Source of the DNA: Cetorhinus maximus
Taxonomy: Eukaryota
NCBI RefSeq assembly: GCF_964194155.1
Contig: NC_135899.1
Location: 11,098,001 to 11,162,000, forward strand
Direction of reading: 5' to 3'
Length of the DNA: 64,000 bases
The position numbers were made by a program, and so were the translations under genes. Each line of letters starts with the position of its first letter. The first letter of the stretch is position 1. The notes beneath the pieces were generated by a model. It did no database searches. It worked only from the letters and a program-made list of their open reading frames with translations, and was not told the origin of the DNA. Positions 50,710 through 63,301 of this stretch are shown piece after piece.

Positions 50710-53060
50710 GTTTTTAAAATGCTACGACTGTTTCTGTCTCTACCACTCTTTCAGGCAGAGAGCTCCAGATCCCACACTCTGGGTGAACGATTTCTCCTCC
50801 GCTTCCCTCTAATCCATCTACCAACCACTTTAAGTCCGCACTTTTGATCTCTCTGTTAAAGGAAATATCCTATCCACTCTGTCTAGGCCCTCATCGTTTT
50901 ATATACAAATGATCACTCAGCCCCCTTTGTTCCAAAGAAAACAACCCCAGTTTATCCAATCTTTCCTTACTGCTAAAATTCTCCAGTCCCGGCAACATCC
51001 TCTTTGTATCCTCTCTAGCGCAAGCACATCCTTCCTGTGATGCAATGGCGAGAACTGCACACAGTATTCTAGCTGTGGTCTAACTAGTGTTTCATACAGT
51101 TCAACCATAACCTCCCTGCTCATTTTACATAGGATATACAGCACAGAAACAGGCCATTCGGCCCAGCCAGTCTATACCGGTCTTTATGCTCCACTTGAGC
51201 CTCCTCCCATCTTTTCTCATTTGAATCTACCATCGTAACCCTCTATTCCCTTCTCCCTCATATGGTTAACCAGCTTCCCCTTAAGCACATCTATACTATT
51301 CACTACATTCATTCCGTTTCTTTTGAATTCCCCATTGGATTTCTTGGTGACTATTTTATATTGATAGCCTCTAGTTATCCTCTTCTCCACAAATGGAAAC
51401 ATTCTCTCTGCATCCACTCTAAGGAAAACCTTTCATAATTTTAAAGGCCTCTATTAGGTCACCCCATGGCCCTTTTTCAAGAGAGAAGAGACAGACCCAG
51501 CCTATCAATTCTTTCCTGATATGTATACCCACGCACTTTTTGGTATCACCCTTGTAAATCTCTGCAACCTCTCCAGTGCCTTTTTATATCATACCTTTTT
51601 ATCATATGGTGACTAGAACTGCACGCGGTATTCCAAATGTGGTCTAACCAAGGTTTGATACAGGTTTAGCATAAATTCCTTACTTCTCAATTCTGTCGCT
51701 CTAGCAGTTTAACCTAGTGCTTGGTTTGCTTTTTTTTTAATGGCCTTGCTAACCTGAGGCCTCACTTTTAGTGATCGGTGTATTTGTGCTCTGAGATCCC
51801 CTTGTTCCTCTACCCCACCTAGACTTGCATCTTCCAAGTATTAGGTGATCCCCCTATTCTTCCTACCAAAATGTACGACCTTGTGTTTATCTGTGTTGAG
51901 CTTAATTTGCTGGACATTTGCTCATTCTGTAATTTTATCAACGTCCTCCTGCAATTTGTTGCAGACATCCTCAGTATTGACTATTCCCCCACACACCCCC
52001 CCCCCCAAAAAAAATTGATGTCATCTGCAAATTTAGAAATTCTGTTTTGGATTCCAAATTGTTAATGTAAATTGTGAACAGCAGTGGTCCCGGCACTGAT
52101 CCTTGTGGAACATCACTTCCCACCTTCTGCCACTCTGAATAACCATCCTTTACTCCCAGCTTCTGCTTTCTGTCTTGAAGCCAGCCAGCAATCCATTCTG
52201 CCGCTTGTCCCCTTATTCCACATTCTCTGACTTATTCATTAGTCTGTTATAGGGCACCCCATCGAAGGTCTTTTAGATAAATTACATCTGCTGCATTACC
52301 ATTCTAGATTCTCTGTTACCCCTCGAAAATTCAGTAAGGTTGGTCAATCAAGATTTTTCCCTTTTGATATTCATGCTGACTATTCTTACTATATTTCTCA
52401 TTTCTAGATGTTCTTCAAGTCTTCCCTTAGCAGGGACATCATTATTTTTCCTCCCACCGATGTTAAGCTGCCTGGTCTCCTGAACCTGTTCTATCCCCCT
52501 TCTTAAATCTAGGAATTGCATTAGCCGTTTGCCAGCATCCTTGCTGGGTTGACACAACATTTAATCGTTTCAAAGACCTCCATCTGATCGCCCTTGGCCA
52601 CCATTTTTCAAGAGGAAAGAGACCCAGCCTGTCAGTCCTTTCCTGATTTGTATACCCACACATTTCTGCTATCATCCTTGTAAATCTTCTCTGCACCCTC
52701 TCCAGTGCCTCTATATCCTTTTTATAATATGCCAACCAGACCTGTATGCAGTACTCTTAAGGGTGGTTTAAACAAGATTTAATGCAGGTTTAGCATTATT
52801 TTTTCAATTCAGATTCTATGGGCCATAAATATAGGACAGTCACTAAAAACAATCCAATAAAGACTTTAGGAGAAACCTCTTTACCCAGAGAGTAGTGAGA
52901 ATGAGGAACTCGTTACCCCAGGGAGCGATTGAGAAAAGTAGCAACGTTACATTTAAGGGGAAGCTAGAGGGAGAAAGTAACGGAAGGATATGTTGATAGG
53001 GATGATGAAGACGCTGGCGAGGAGCATAAACTAGATGGGCTGAATGGCCTGTTTCTGTGC
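50710..53060. mobile_element. Nested CR1-like fragments in EHMT2 intron 1
   Basis: LYETLVRPQLEYCVQF and KDIEALERVQRRFTRMI peptides. Confidence 0.75.
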
Positions 53061-53289
53061 TGTAAATACTATCTTTGTAATTGGGATTATTACAGTCAAA
53101 CCAAAAGTGAGGTTTTTTCAATTGAAGCTTGGTTGTCAAGCAGCTGCCTGTTTCTTGCCTTGTCTCAGAGACTTTGCTCCCTGCGGCCTGCAGTGTAGCA
53201 TGGGCCTTTGTTCAAAGTAGATGACAGTCTCCCCTTGACACTGCCATGGGTCAGATTAACCCCTTCGGTCACTTCCCACTCTGCATGGC

Positions 53290-53700
53290 TCACCCCCTCC
53301 TCAGATCTCCCCCACCCCTCCTCAGATCTCCCCCCACCCCTCCTCAGATCTCCCCCCACCCCTCCTCAGATCTCCCCTCACCCCCTCCTCAGACCCCCCC
53401 TCACCCCCTCCTCAGACCCCCTCCTCAGACCCCCCTCACCCCCTCCTCAGACCCCCCTCACCCCCTCCTCAGATCTCCCCGACACCTCCTCAGATCTCCC
53501 CCCACGCCTCCTCAGACCTCTCCCCCCCCACCTCCTCAGACCTGCCACCTCACCCCTCCACCTCAGATCTCTCCCTCACCCCCTCCTTCAATCACTGCTT
53601 GGCCCCCTGCTCAGACTCCCCATCACCCCCTCCGTCGATCTCCCCTCACTCCCCTCATCAGACCGACCCCACCTCAGACCTTTCCCCTCACCCACTCCTT
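53290..53700 (+). repeat. C-rich minisatellite (CCCCTCCTCAGATCTCCCC-type)
   Basis: Directly visible tandem array upstream of exon 2. Confidence 0.9.
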
Positions 53701-53825
53701 TTCAATGGGCCCTTCCTGCCCAGCTCCAGCCCAGGTTGATGGAAATGATCAGGAGAGTTCATCAAATGGAACAAGTTTGCTTTTCTGTCAGAACAACTTG
53801 AGGTATTTTGCTTGTCTTTATCTAG

Positions 53826-53910
53826 GGGGAGGCTAACAGCACGGTGCAGGCCACAGCAGAACCAGAACTCCTGGTGCTGGATAGGAGCCCCAGCAGTGAA
53901 GTAAATCAAG
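53826..53910 (+). CDS. EHMT2: EHMT2 exon 2
   Basis: tttatctag acceptor and G|GTAAGA donor; phase 0-1; GEANSTVQATAEPELLVLDRSPSSEVNQ resembles human GEAPAEMGALLLEKE; joins exons 1 and 3 in frame. Confidence 0.75.
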
Positions 53911-54309
53911 GTAAGATAAGATTACCCATTCAAAATGGCTGTTGTTCTGTTAGCAAACTGGCAGCCATTTTGTATACAGCACGGTCCCTCAAACGGCAGT
54001 GAGAGGAAAGGCACGGTGATCTGCTTTGTCGGTGGAGGGTGGGTTGTTGGCCAGTACAGCAAGGGCAGAGCTCTCTGAACAGTGCCCTGGGAACTTCTGT
54101 CAGATACTGAGCCAGGTCAAAAGGCAGACAGGTGGCAGGTGAGGTTCAACATGGGTAAGTGCAAATCCAGTGAGTTTGGACAGGAGAGGTGAGAATCTGC
54201 ATGAAGTGGCCATGTGCCTGATGTAAGGATAGAGAGCTGGGGATGGTTCAAAATGCTGGTGTGGTTTTGGCAGGCAGTGGCTGTGCCTTTTAAGCCGAAG
54301 GATTAAGTG

Positions 54310-54672
54310 AAGAGGGAGGCCGAAGGAGGGGATGAGGAGGGTCTAAGGAGGGCGGAGGTCTGATGAGGGGGAACTTTTGAGGAAGGGATGAGGGGGGAGG
54401 TCTGAGGAGGGGGAAGGTTTGAGGAGTGGGGTGGTCTGAGGAGGGAGTGAGAGGGTGAGGGGGGAAGATCTGAAGAGGAGGGGAGCGGTGAGGTTTGAGG
54501 AGCGCGTGAGTGGGGAGGTCGAAGGAGTGGGTGAGGGGGAGGTTTGAGGAGGGGTGGTGGTCTGAGGGGAAAGTGAGAAGGATGTCAGAGGAGGGAGTGG
54601 GTGACGGGAGAAGCCTGAGGAGGAGGGGAGGGGTGAGGTTTAAGGTGGGGGTGAGGAGGGAAGTCTGAGGGA
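54310..54672 (-). repeat. G-rich degenerate array (GGTCTGAGGAGGGG), reverse complement of 53290-53700
   Basis: ggtctgaggag is the reverse complement of ctcctcagacc. Confidence 0.8.
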
Positions 54673-54769
54673 ACACCATTAAAGTTCGACTTAGCTTTGG
54701 TGAGGCCAGGTCTGGAATTGTTCAGTTTTGACCTCAGTGCTGAAGAGCGATGTAGAATTATTGGAGGGA

Positions 54770-55370
54770 GTATAGGAGTTGGGATGTTATGGTGAGGTTG
54801 TATAAGACATTGGTGAGGCCAACTTTGGAGTATTGTGTGCAGTTCTGGTCACCTAACTACAGGAAGGATATCAGTAAGATTGAAAGAGTGCAGAGAAGAT
54901 TTACTAGGATGTTGCCGGGTTTTAAGGAGTTGAGTTACAGGGAAAGATTAAACAGGTTAGGACTTTATTCCTTGGAGCGTATAAGGATGAGGGGAGATTT
55001 GATAGAAGTTTACAAAATTACGAGGGGTATAGACAGAGTAAATGCGAGTAAGCTCTTTCCACTTAGATTAGGAGAGATAAACATGAGAGGACATGGCTTT
55101 AGGGTGAAAGGGGAAAGGTTTAGGGGAACATTAGGGGGAACTTCTTCACTCAGAGATTGGTGGGAGTGTGGAACGAGCTGCCATCTGACATGGTAAATGC
55201 GGGCTCACTCTTAAGTTTTAAGAATAAATTAGATAGATACATGGATGGGAGAGGTCTGGAGGGTTATGGACTGGGTGCAGGTCAATGGGATTAGCGGAAT
55301 AATATTTCGGCACAGACTATAAGGGCCGAATGGCCTGTTTTCTCTGCTGTAGTGTTCTATGGTTCTATGG
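54770..55370 (+). mobile_element. CR1-like LINE 3' fragment with (GTTCTATG)n tail
   Basis: LYKTLVRPTLEYCVQFWSP...RMRGDLIEVYK peptide. Confidence 0.85.
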
Positions 55371-57705
55371 AGTTCAGGGGCCTGGGAAGCTGAGTCTAGG
55401 AGAGTGAGTTATGAGGAAGGTAGTCTCTCTCTGGGGAAGAGGAGGATGAGGGTAGGGGGAAATGGTGGGGGTGGGAGAGTGGATAGAGACTGCAGAGGTA
55501 CATAGGTGTTGGATGCAGATGAGTTCTTGTCCTGGACAGGTATTGGGGATTGTGAACCACAGTTTAAAGTTCTAAGCTCTGCAGTCCTGCCACATCTAGT
55601 CGTGGATGGTGGTGGACAATTAAACAATTCACTGGAGGAGGAGGCTCCACAAATATCCCCATCCTCAAAGATGGAGGAGTCCAGTACATCAGTGCAAAAG
55701 ATAAGGCTGAAGCATTTGGAAAAATCTTCAGCTAGAATTGCTGAGCAGATGATCCATCTCTGCCTCCTCCTGACATTCCCAGCATCACAGATGCGGGTCT
55801 TCAGCCAATTTGATTCATTCCACGTGATATCAAGAAACAGCTGAAGGCACCGTACACTGCAAAGGCTGTGGGCCCTGACAATATTCTGGCAGTAGTACGG
55901 AAGACTTGTGCATCAGAACTAGCCACGTCCCTAGCCAAGCTGTTCCAGTACAGCTACAACACTGGCATCTACCCGGCAATATGGTAAGTTGCCCAGGTAT
56001 GTCCCATCCACAAAAAGCAGGACAAATCCAATCTGACCAATTATCACCTCTTCAGTCTACTCTCAATCAGCAGCAAAGTGATGCAAGGGGTCGTCGACAG
56101 TGCTATCAAGTAGCACTTACTGAACAATAGCCTGCTCACTGACGCTCAGTTTGGGCTCCGCCAGGGTCACTCTGCCCCTGACCTCATTACAGCCTTGGTT
56201 CAAATGTGGACAAAAGAGCTGAACTCGTGAGGTGAGAGTGACTGCCCTTGATATCAAGGCAGCAAGTGACCACGTGTGGCATCAAGGAGCCCTAGCAAAA
56301 CTGAAGTCAATGGGAATTCGGGGGAAACTCTCCACTGGTTGGTGTCATATCTAGCACAAAGGAAGATGGTTGTGGTGTTGGAGGTCAGTCACCTCAGTTC
56401 CAGGACATCACTGCAGGAGTTCATCAGGATAGTGTCCTCAGCTCAACCATCTTCAGCTGCTTCATCAATGATGATCGCATAGTATTCAGCAGCATTTGTG
56501 ACTCCTCAGATACTGAAGCAGTCCGGGTCTGTATGCAAGACCTGGAAAAGAGCTAGGAAGTGACCATATCCAACAAGAGAGAACCTAACCACCTCCCCTT
56601 AGTGTTCAGTGTTCTTACTGTTTCACTTTGCTATTGTGCAGTGGTTGCGTAAGTGGTATTTTCCGCTAACAGGATGCTTTCAGGAACCCTATTTTTGTAA
56701 TCTCCTCCAGTTCTATAATCCATCAAGATCTTGGCACTCCTTCAGACCTGGTGCCTTGAGTAACCCCGATTATAATTGCTGCACCAGTGGTGATCAGCTG
56801 CCCGGGCCCTAAATTCTGGAATGTCCTCACGAGACCGCTCTGTCTCACTTTCACCCTTACATTCCTTTAACCTGACCAAACCTTTGGTTATCTGACCTAG
56901 TATCTCCTTATGTGGCTCGGTGTCATATCTTGCTTTATAAGCTCCTTTGGGCATTTCACTGCTTTAAAGCTGCCATATAAATGCAAGTTGTTGTTATAAA
57001 GCTGTCAAGCTGGGCTCTCCCCCTTCTGTCATGGAGAGAGAGAGAGAGTAAAAGGGAAATAGAGAGCGTGAATAAACAGAGGGGTCGTACTGCTGAGGGG
57101 TTATAACGATTGGGATGGATTGAACAGGGTTGGGACCTTTTTCTTTAGAAAAGAGAGAAGACTGAGGGATGACCTGATAGAGGTCTTTAAAATCATGAAA
57201 GGATTCAATAGAGTAGACATAGGTGAGATGTTTTACTTGTCGGGGAAGACCGGAACACGGGGCCACGAATATAAGATAGTCTCTAATAAATCCAATCGGG
57301 AATTCAGGAGAAATCTCCTTACCCAGAGAGTGGCGAGAACATGGGGCTCGCTACCACAGGAAGTGGTTGAAGCGAACACAATAGATACATTTAAAGGGAA
57401 GCTGGATAAACACATGAGGGAGAAAGGAATAGAAGGATATGTTGATGGGAGGAGATGAAGTAGGGGTGGGAGGTGGCTTGTGTGGAGTTTAAATGGCAGC
57501 ATGGACCAGTTGGGTTGAATGGCTTTTTCTGAGCTGTGAATACGTTTGTAATGGAGGGTGTGTTTATTTGCTCATCTCTGCCTTCGTGCATCGGGACGTA
57601 GATCCTGCTGCTCAACAGCTCTTTATACCTTGCTCGAATGTGTGGTGAGAGAATGACAGTGCAATGCATCCCGGGAATTGAACGCGGTATGGCTTTATTT
57701 TGCAG

Positions 57706-57933
57706 AGCTCGGCGAAGAGGCAGAACCGCCCCCCAAGAAACTGGGGCAGTTGTCGAACCCCACGGCGGGCACCGGAAGTGCGATGGGAAACATCGCTTCG
57801 CAGAATAACAAGGAGGCGCCGTGCTCCGGGGCCGGCCAAGAGATCGCGGCGAAGGCCCCCGACCCCGAAACCACAGCGGCTACGGGCACCCGAGGGGAAG
57901 AGCCGGCAAGCAGCGAGGCGCAGTGTAAACCTG
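57706..57933 (+). CDS. EHMT2: EHMT2 exon 3
   Basis: ttttgcag acceptor and G|GTGAGC donor; phase 1-1; CpG-rich open frame ELGEEAEPPPKK...AQCKP joins the flanking exons in frame. Confidence 0.75.
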
Positions 57934-59038
57934 GTGAGCCCTACCTGGGCTTGGAGTGCCCGTCCTCTGACACTGTGGCTGTCAGTCGGCCGGGGTCTCA
58001 ACCCGGAGCTCTCCCTGCCAAGGGCTTGTCAGGTAACTATTCCCTGGAGTTTACATCTACCTCAGCTGCAAGCATGTTGTCCGACGGATGTTTTGGGAGG
58101 GCGAGTGGGAGGGGTCTTGGCGGAGTAAATAGGGACCAACTAGTGGGATGATGGGCAGCTGGAGACTGCCGATTCAATTGGCAGAGGAACTGGACAGGAG
58201 GTGAGGGGCCATGTTCTTTCATGCAGCAGGATGATGTGGTTTGGAACAGCCTGCACCCTCCATTTCTGCCCTCTTGTGCATCCCCGATTTTATTTGTTCC
58301 ACCAGTGGTGGCCACGCTTTCAGCAACCTGGCCCTTCAAGCTCGGGAATTGCTCCCCTAAACCTCTCCTCCTATTTCTATCCTATTTTGAGATTCTTCCC
58401 CTTTGACCAAACTATTATCTCCTTGTGTGGCTCAGTGTCAGACTTTAATGCATTGGACGTTGTAATGCATTGAAGGCGCTATACAAATGCAAGTTGTTGT
58501 TGTTAGGCTAGTGGAAGTAGATTCAATAGTAGCTTTGAAAAGAGGATTGGATGAACACTGGGCAAGGCAAAATAAAATTGTTGGGTGGACAGGCAGCAGC
58601 TGTCCCCCTTAGCTGAAGGGTCAGTCACGAGGGGACATAAGTTCAAGGTGAGGGGCAGGAGGTTTAGGGGGGATGTGAGGAAAAATGTTTTTGCCCAGAG
58701 GGTGGTGACGGTCTGGAATATCCTGCCTGGGAGGGTGGTGGAGGCTGGTTGCCTCACATCCTTTAAAAAATACCTGGATGAGCGCTTGGCACGTCATAAC
58801 ATTCAAGGCGATGGGCCAAGTGTTGGTAAATGGGATTAGGTAGGTAGGTCAGGTGTTTCTCACGTGCCCGTGCAGACTCGATGGGCTGTAGGGCCTCTTC
58901 CGCACCGTGTGATTCTGTGATAACGGGAAAGAGTAGGAGAGAGAGGGACAAATGGGGTAGCTCTCTCAAAGAACCAGCACAGTATGAAAGGCCGCCTCCT
59001 GCCCTCTTCTAATTTGCTTTGATGTTTTTCTTCCTTAG

Positions 59039-59298
59039 GCCATGCTGCCAAAACATTCCCTGCCTCCCCCACCAAGGCCCCAGGGGCCAACAGGGCTAAG
59101 ATGACACTAACCGGGCTCAACAAGTCTCCGAACTCCATTCAGAGCCTAGCCATGAAACTGCTGAGTGTGCCGACCGGACGGGCAGGGAACGAGGTGGCAG
59201 CAGTCCCAGTGGAGGCGCAGAGACTGATCCCAGTTCAGGATGAGAAGCCCAAGATCCACAAAGCACGGAAGTCGATATCCAGATCCAGCGCCAGTCAG
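59039..59298 (+). CDS. EHMT2: EHMT2 exon 4, containing histone-mimic copy 1 (IHKARKS)
   Basis: GHAAKTFPASPTKAPGANRAKMTLTGLNKSPNSIQSLAMKLLSVP...KPKIHKARKSISRSSASQ aligns to human GHATKSFPSSPSK..RAKMSMTGAGKSPPSVQSLAMRLLSMP...QPKVHRARKTMSKPGNGQ; canonical AG/GT; phase 1-0. Confidence 0.92.
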
Positions 59299-60115
59299 GT
59301 ACCAAAGGGGGTGGCCCCGCTTGCGCGTTGCGCTTGCACGGAGGGCATGCTTTCCCGCCGCCTGATGGCCGGGCGTGCACTTACATCACGACTGCGACTG
59401 CTCTGTCTTGGCTGGGCTGTGAGGAGGAGGGATAGCGGGCTGAGGAGACGTCGCCTGCCTTGCAGCGTGGATCAAGCTCTAGAGTCGGACTTAAACCTTA
59501 TGCCTCAGAGGCGAGAGTGCTAGCCACTGAGCCACAGCTGACACTGAGCGTGAGATTTAGACTGACTTTCGCAGTGTAGTACTGAGGAGGTGCTGCACTG
59601 TCGGAGGTGCTGTCTGTCAGATGAGACGTTAAATTGAGGCCCCATCTCTCCGCTCGGGTCCATGTAAAAAAATTCTATGACACTATTTTGAGGAAGAGCA
59701 GGGGAGCTCTCTCCAGTTTCCTGGCTAACATTTATCCCTCAATCAACATCACAAAAACATTATCTGGTCATTATCACAAGGTTATTTGTGGGAGCTTGCT
59801 GTGAATATTTTAGCTGCTGCATTTCGTCCGTTACAACAGTGACATAGTATTCAAAAAGTATTGGTTGTAAATGACTTGCTGAGGTGGTAAAAGATCCCCC
59901 ATAACAGCCTGGACGATGCCAGGGAAACACGGGATCTGTATGACGAGGGGAGGATGTGGATGGGAAAATGTGAACTGATTTTTCTCCCACTAAATTTTTG
60001 TGTTTTTAATTCGGCAGACATTCGGTTAAAGTCCGCCTTGCTTTAAAAGTATTGCATTTCCCAGACACTCCCCCCCCACCCTAAAAAAATCCTGCTGTTT
60101 GTAACTTTTACACAG

Positions 60116-60268
60116 AGATTGCCTACAGAACTGGGGACCTTGCCCACCGAACGGACAAGCCAGACCCCTGGGGCGACAGCAGAGGCTGAGCACGCAGTCC
60201 CGGGTCAGGACGAGAATCAGGAGGTGCACAGAGCGAGGAAGTCGATACTGAAAGGCAGCTTCAGTCAG
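60116..60268 (+). CDS. EHMT2: EHMT2 repeat exon, mimic copy 2 (51 aa)
   Basis: acacag|...CAG|GTACGG; phase 0-0; RLPTELGTLPTERTSQTPGATAEAEHAVPGQDENQEVHRARKSILKGSFSQ. Confidence 0.85.
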
Positions 60269-61755
60269 GTACGGTGAACAGTACCCCCGCCCCCTCAGAC
60301 TGGCCAGTGAGCCACAGTAAATAAGGGGAAGCTGACTGCGTACTGTCTGTTGGTTAAAAAAATGTACCTCCCACCCAAAAACCTGTTCTGAATTCCCGCC
60401 CCAGCTGTTGCCTGTCAGCTGCCCCGCGCTTCAGGTGAGTTTTTACATTGCTCTGGGTTTGGACGCAGGACAAGTAATCCTGCTGTCACCGTCCCATCAG
60501 TACACTCTTGCTCCCTCCCTCCTCTCCCCGCCACCTCCCAGGCATTCCTTCGCGTCAGGCACCGATCAGATGCAGAGTGTGTGAGATGCATGGCCTACGA
60601 GGGGTTAAGACTCCAGTCCTACCTTTAGGAGGCGATTCAGCCCCATTTTTATATTGACTGTGTGGCATTTGTTTGGGGACGGAGAGACAGAGGTGCGGGA
60701 TTAGAGGAGCAGGGAACAACTTCCAGGTCACCCTGAGCACGTCAGTGGCAAGTTAGGGGTGAGCAAACATGCCAGGTGCTCATCGAGCACCTTTCCCTGT
60801 GTTTGTTGCTGCCATTTGTGGGTAACATGGAGAGGAGTATAGGTCCCCGAGCTGCCAGGATGGATGAGCAGCAGTCCTGCGGTGGGGCTAGCTTGTCCCC
60901 TTCTTAAAAACTCACTTTCAATCCAGGTGTAAGTGCAGGTTATCTTGGCAGATTACTTCATTATATGGTTGTTCACAGCTCCAACCATGACCCAGTGGAT
61001 AGCTCACTCTCCATGTGTGTCACAAGTCCCACTTCCCAGTGCAAAGGGAATGCTGCACTGTCAGAGATGCCGCCTGTCAGATGAAACGTCAAACCGAGGG
61101 CCCCGTCTGCCCTCTCAGGTGGCCATGAAAGGTCCACTATTTGAAAAAAGAGCAAGGGAATTTTCCCTGCTGTCCTGGGCCAATATTTATCCCTTAACCA
61201 ACATCACTAAAGCAGATGACCTGGTCATTATCTCATTACTGTTTGTGGGAGTTTGCTGTGCGCAAATTGGCTGCCACGTTTCCTACATTACAACAGTCAC
61301 TACATTTCAAAAAGTACTTCATTGGCTGTAAAGCCATTTGGGACCCCCTGAGGCTGTGAAAGGCACTATGTAAATGCAAATTCTTTTATATAAATATAAT
61401 ACCAACTGTCTTTTCACTAACAATGCTCTTTTTAACTTCGGCCAGGTGCTTGAATAAAACTGTACATTTGACTAATAAATCTGCTTCTTATTTTTTAGAA
61501 AGCTGGGTTTTGTTATAGCTGGTGTGATTACAACACTTAACAGCTTTTTGTGAGTCGGTGAGGTTACATTTCATAGCTGTACTTTTTGGGTGGCTTAGTG
61601 CGGTGAGACGGGGGCATGTATAATATTTTGCACAGGCACAAACAATCCCGTGAGTGGCGAGTCTACCGTTGCTTGCATCAAAGTATTCCACCTCCCTGCA
61701 TCCGATTGTGTGTTTTTTATCTCGTTTGTGACTAATTATGCCTAACTTCACACAG

Positions 61756-61911
61756 AGCTTGGCAGAGAAGTTGGCAAGCTTGCCCATTGGACGGGCAGTT
61801 GGTGAACCTCCTGGGGGAATGACAGAGCCAGAGCACGCAGTCCAGGCTCAGGACGAGAACCAGGATATTCATCGAGCCAGAAAGTCAATCCTCAAAGGCA
61901 GCTTCAGCCAG
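61756..61911 (+). CDS. EHMT2: EHMT2 repeat exon, mimic copy 3 (52 aa)
   Basis: acacag|...CAG|GTGAAG; phase 0-0; SLAEKLASLPIGRAVGEPPGGMTEPEHAVQAQDENQDIHRARKSILKGSFSQ. Confidence 0.85.
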
Positions 61912-61979
61912 GTGAAGAGAGAAGACCGGATTTTGCAGACTGGTGGACGAGTCAGAGAAATGTTAAAACCTAGGGAACC

Positions 61980-62740
61980 TCGCTCTGCCCCGCCCCCTCC
62001 TCGCTCTGCCCCGCCCCTCCTCGCTCTGCCCCCCCTCCTCGCTCTGCCCCCCCCCTCGCGATGCGCTTTCCCCCTCCTCGCTCTGCCCCGCCCCCTCCTC
62101 GCTCTGCCCCGCCCCCTCCTCGCTCTGCCCCGCCCCCTCCTCGCTCTGCCCCGCCCCCTCCTCGCTCTGCCCCGCCCCCTCCTCGCTCTGCCCCGCCCCC
62201 TCCTCGCTCTGCCCCGCCCCCTCCTCGCTCTGCCCCGCCCCCTCCTCGCTCTGCCCGCCCCCTCCTCGCTCTGCCCCGCCCCCTCCTCGCTCTGCCCCGC
62301 CCCCTCCTCGCTCTGCCCGCCCCCTCCTCGCTCTGCCCGCGCCCTCCTCGCTCTGCCCTCCCCCTCCTCGCTCTGCCCTCCCCCTCCTCACTCTGCCCTC
62401 CCCCTCCTCGCTCTGCCCCGCCCCCTCCTCGCTCTGCCCCGCCCCCTCCTCGCTCTGCCCCGCCCCCTCCTCGCTCTGCCCCGCCCCCTCCTCCCTCTGC
62501 CCCGCCCCCTCCTCCCTCTGCCCCGCCCCCTCCTCGCTCTGCCCCGCCCCCTCCTCGCTCTGCCCTCCCCGTCCTCGCTCTGCCCGCCCCCTCCTCGCTC
62601 TGCCCGCCCCCTCCTCGCTCTGCCCCACCCCTCCTCGCTCTGCCCCGCCCCTCCTCGCTCTGCCCCGCCCCTCCTCGCTCTGCCCGCTCCCTCCTCGCTC
62701 TGCCCGCCCCCTCCTCGCTCTGCCCGCCCCCCCCTCGCTC
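61980..62740 (+). repeat. 21-bp C-rich minisatellite (CCCCCTCCTCGCTCTGCCCCG), ~36 copies
   Basis: Directly visible; fills most of the intron between mimic copies 3 and 4. Confidence 0.95.
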
Positions 62741-62850
62741 ACCCCCATGCTTTTATCGTCTTCCTCCTCCTTTTCCACCCTCCCCTTAGCCATTGTCATC
62801 CTCACACCCATTACCCCCTTGACCTTCTGTTCTGATTGGCTTCCACACAG

Positions 62851-62997
62851 GGTACGGCAAAGAGGATGGCAAGCATGCCGACTGCTCGGGCAGTCGCTGA
62901 GGTTGCCGCGGAGACGGAGGTTATGGTCCCAGACCTGGACGAGTACCCAGAGATCCACAGAGCGAGAAAATCCTTTCTCTCAACAAGCATTAGCCAG
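62851..62997 (+). CDS. EHMT2: EHMT2 repeat exon, mimic copy 4 (49 aa)
   Basis: acacag|...CAG|GTATGC; phase 0-0; GTAKRMASMPTARAVAEVAAETEVMVPDLDEYPEIHRARKSFLSTSISQ. Confidence 0.85.
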
Positions 62998-63301
62998 GTA
63001 TGCCGGGTGGTGGTGTCTGTTTATTGTGCAGTGATGTGAAAACAGCCTGGCTTCAAAAAGTCAATTAGGAGTTTTTATTTTATAGGAGTTTGGGTAAATT
63101 GCATGGCATTCCTTGAAGCACAAGCACCTGGCAGCACCTCATTTCAGAATGAACATTGGGGCAGGAATGAACACTTTGAGTGCTCCTTTAAGTTTTTTTT
63201 TTAACACAAGTCTAATACTTAAGAAAAGTTAATAGCAAAAGGTGTTAATTCATTCCTCACAACTGTCCCTTTTTATTCTCCACGATGTGCAATGAATTCA
63301 G

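Noticed and set aside
48072-59298. Assignment as EHMT1/GLP because of MASLDAE and GHAAKT
   Set aside because: RAKMT..KSP.S.QSLAM.LLS.P is EHMT2-like, and the ZBTB12 and Bf/C2 neighbours fit the EHMT2 locus.
61912-62958. Long Pro/Ala- and Gly/Glu-rich ORFs
   Set aside because: They come from the 21-bp minisatellite in an intron; only 61756-61911 and 62851-62997 are exon-like.
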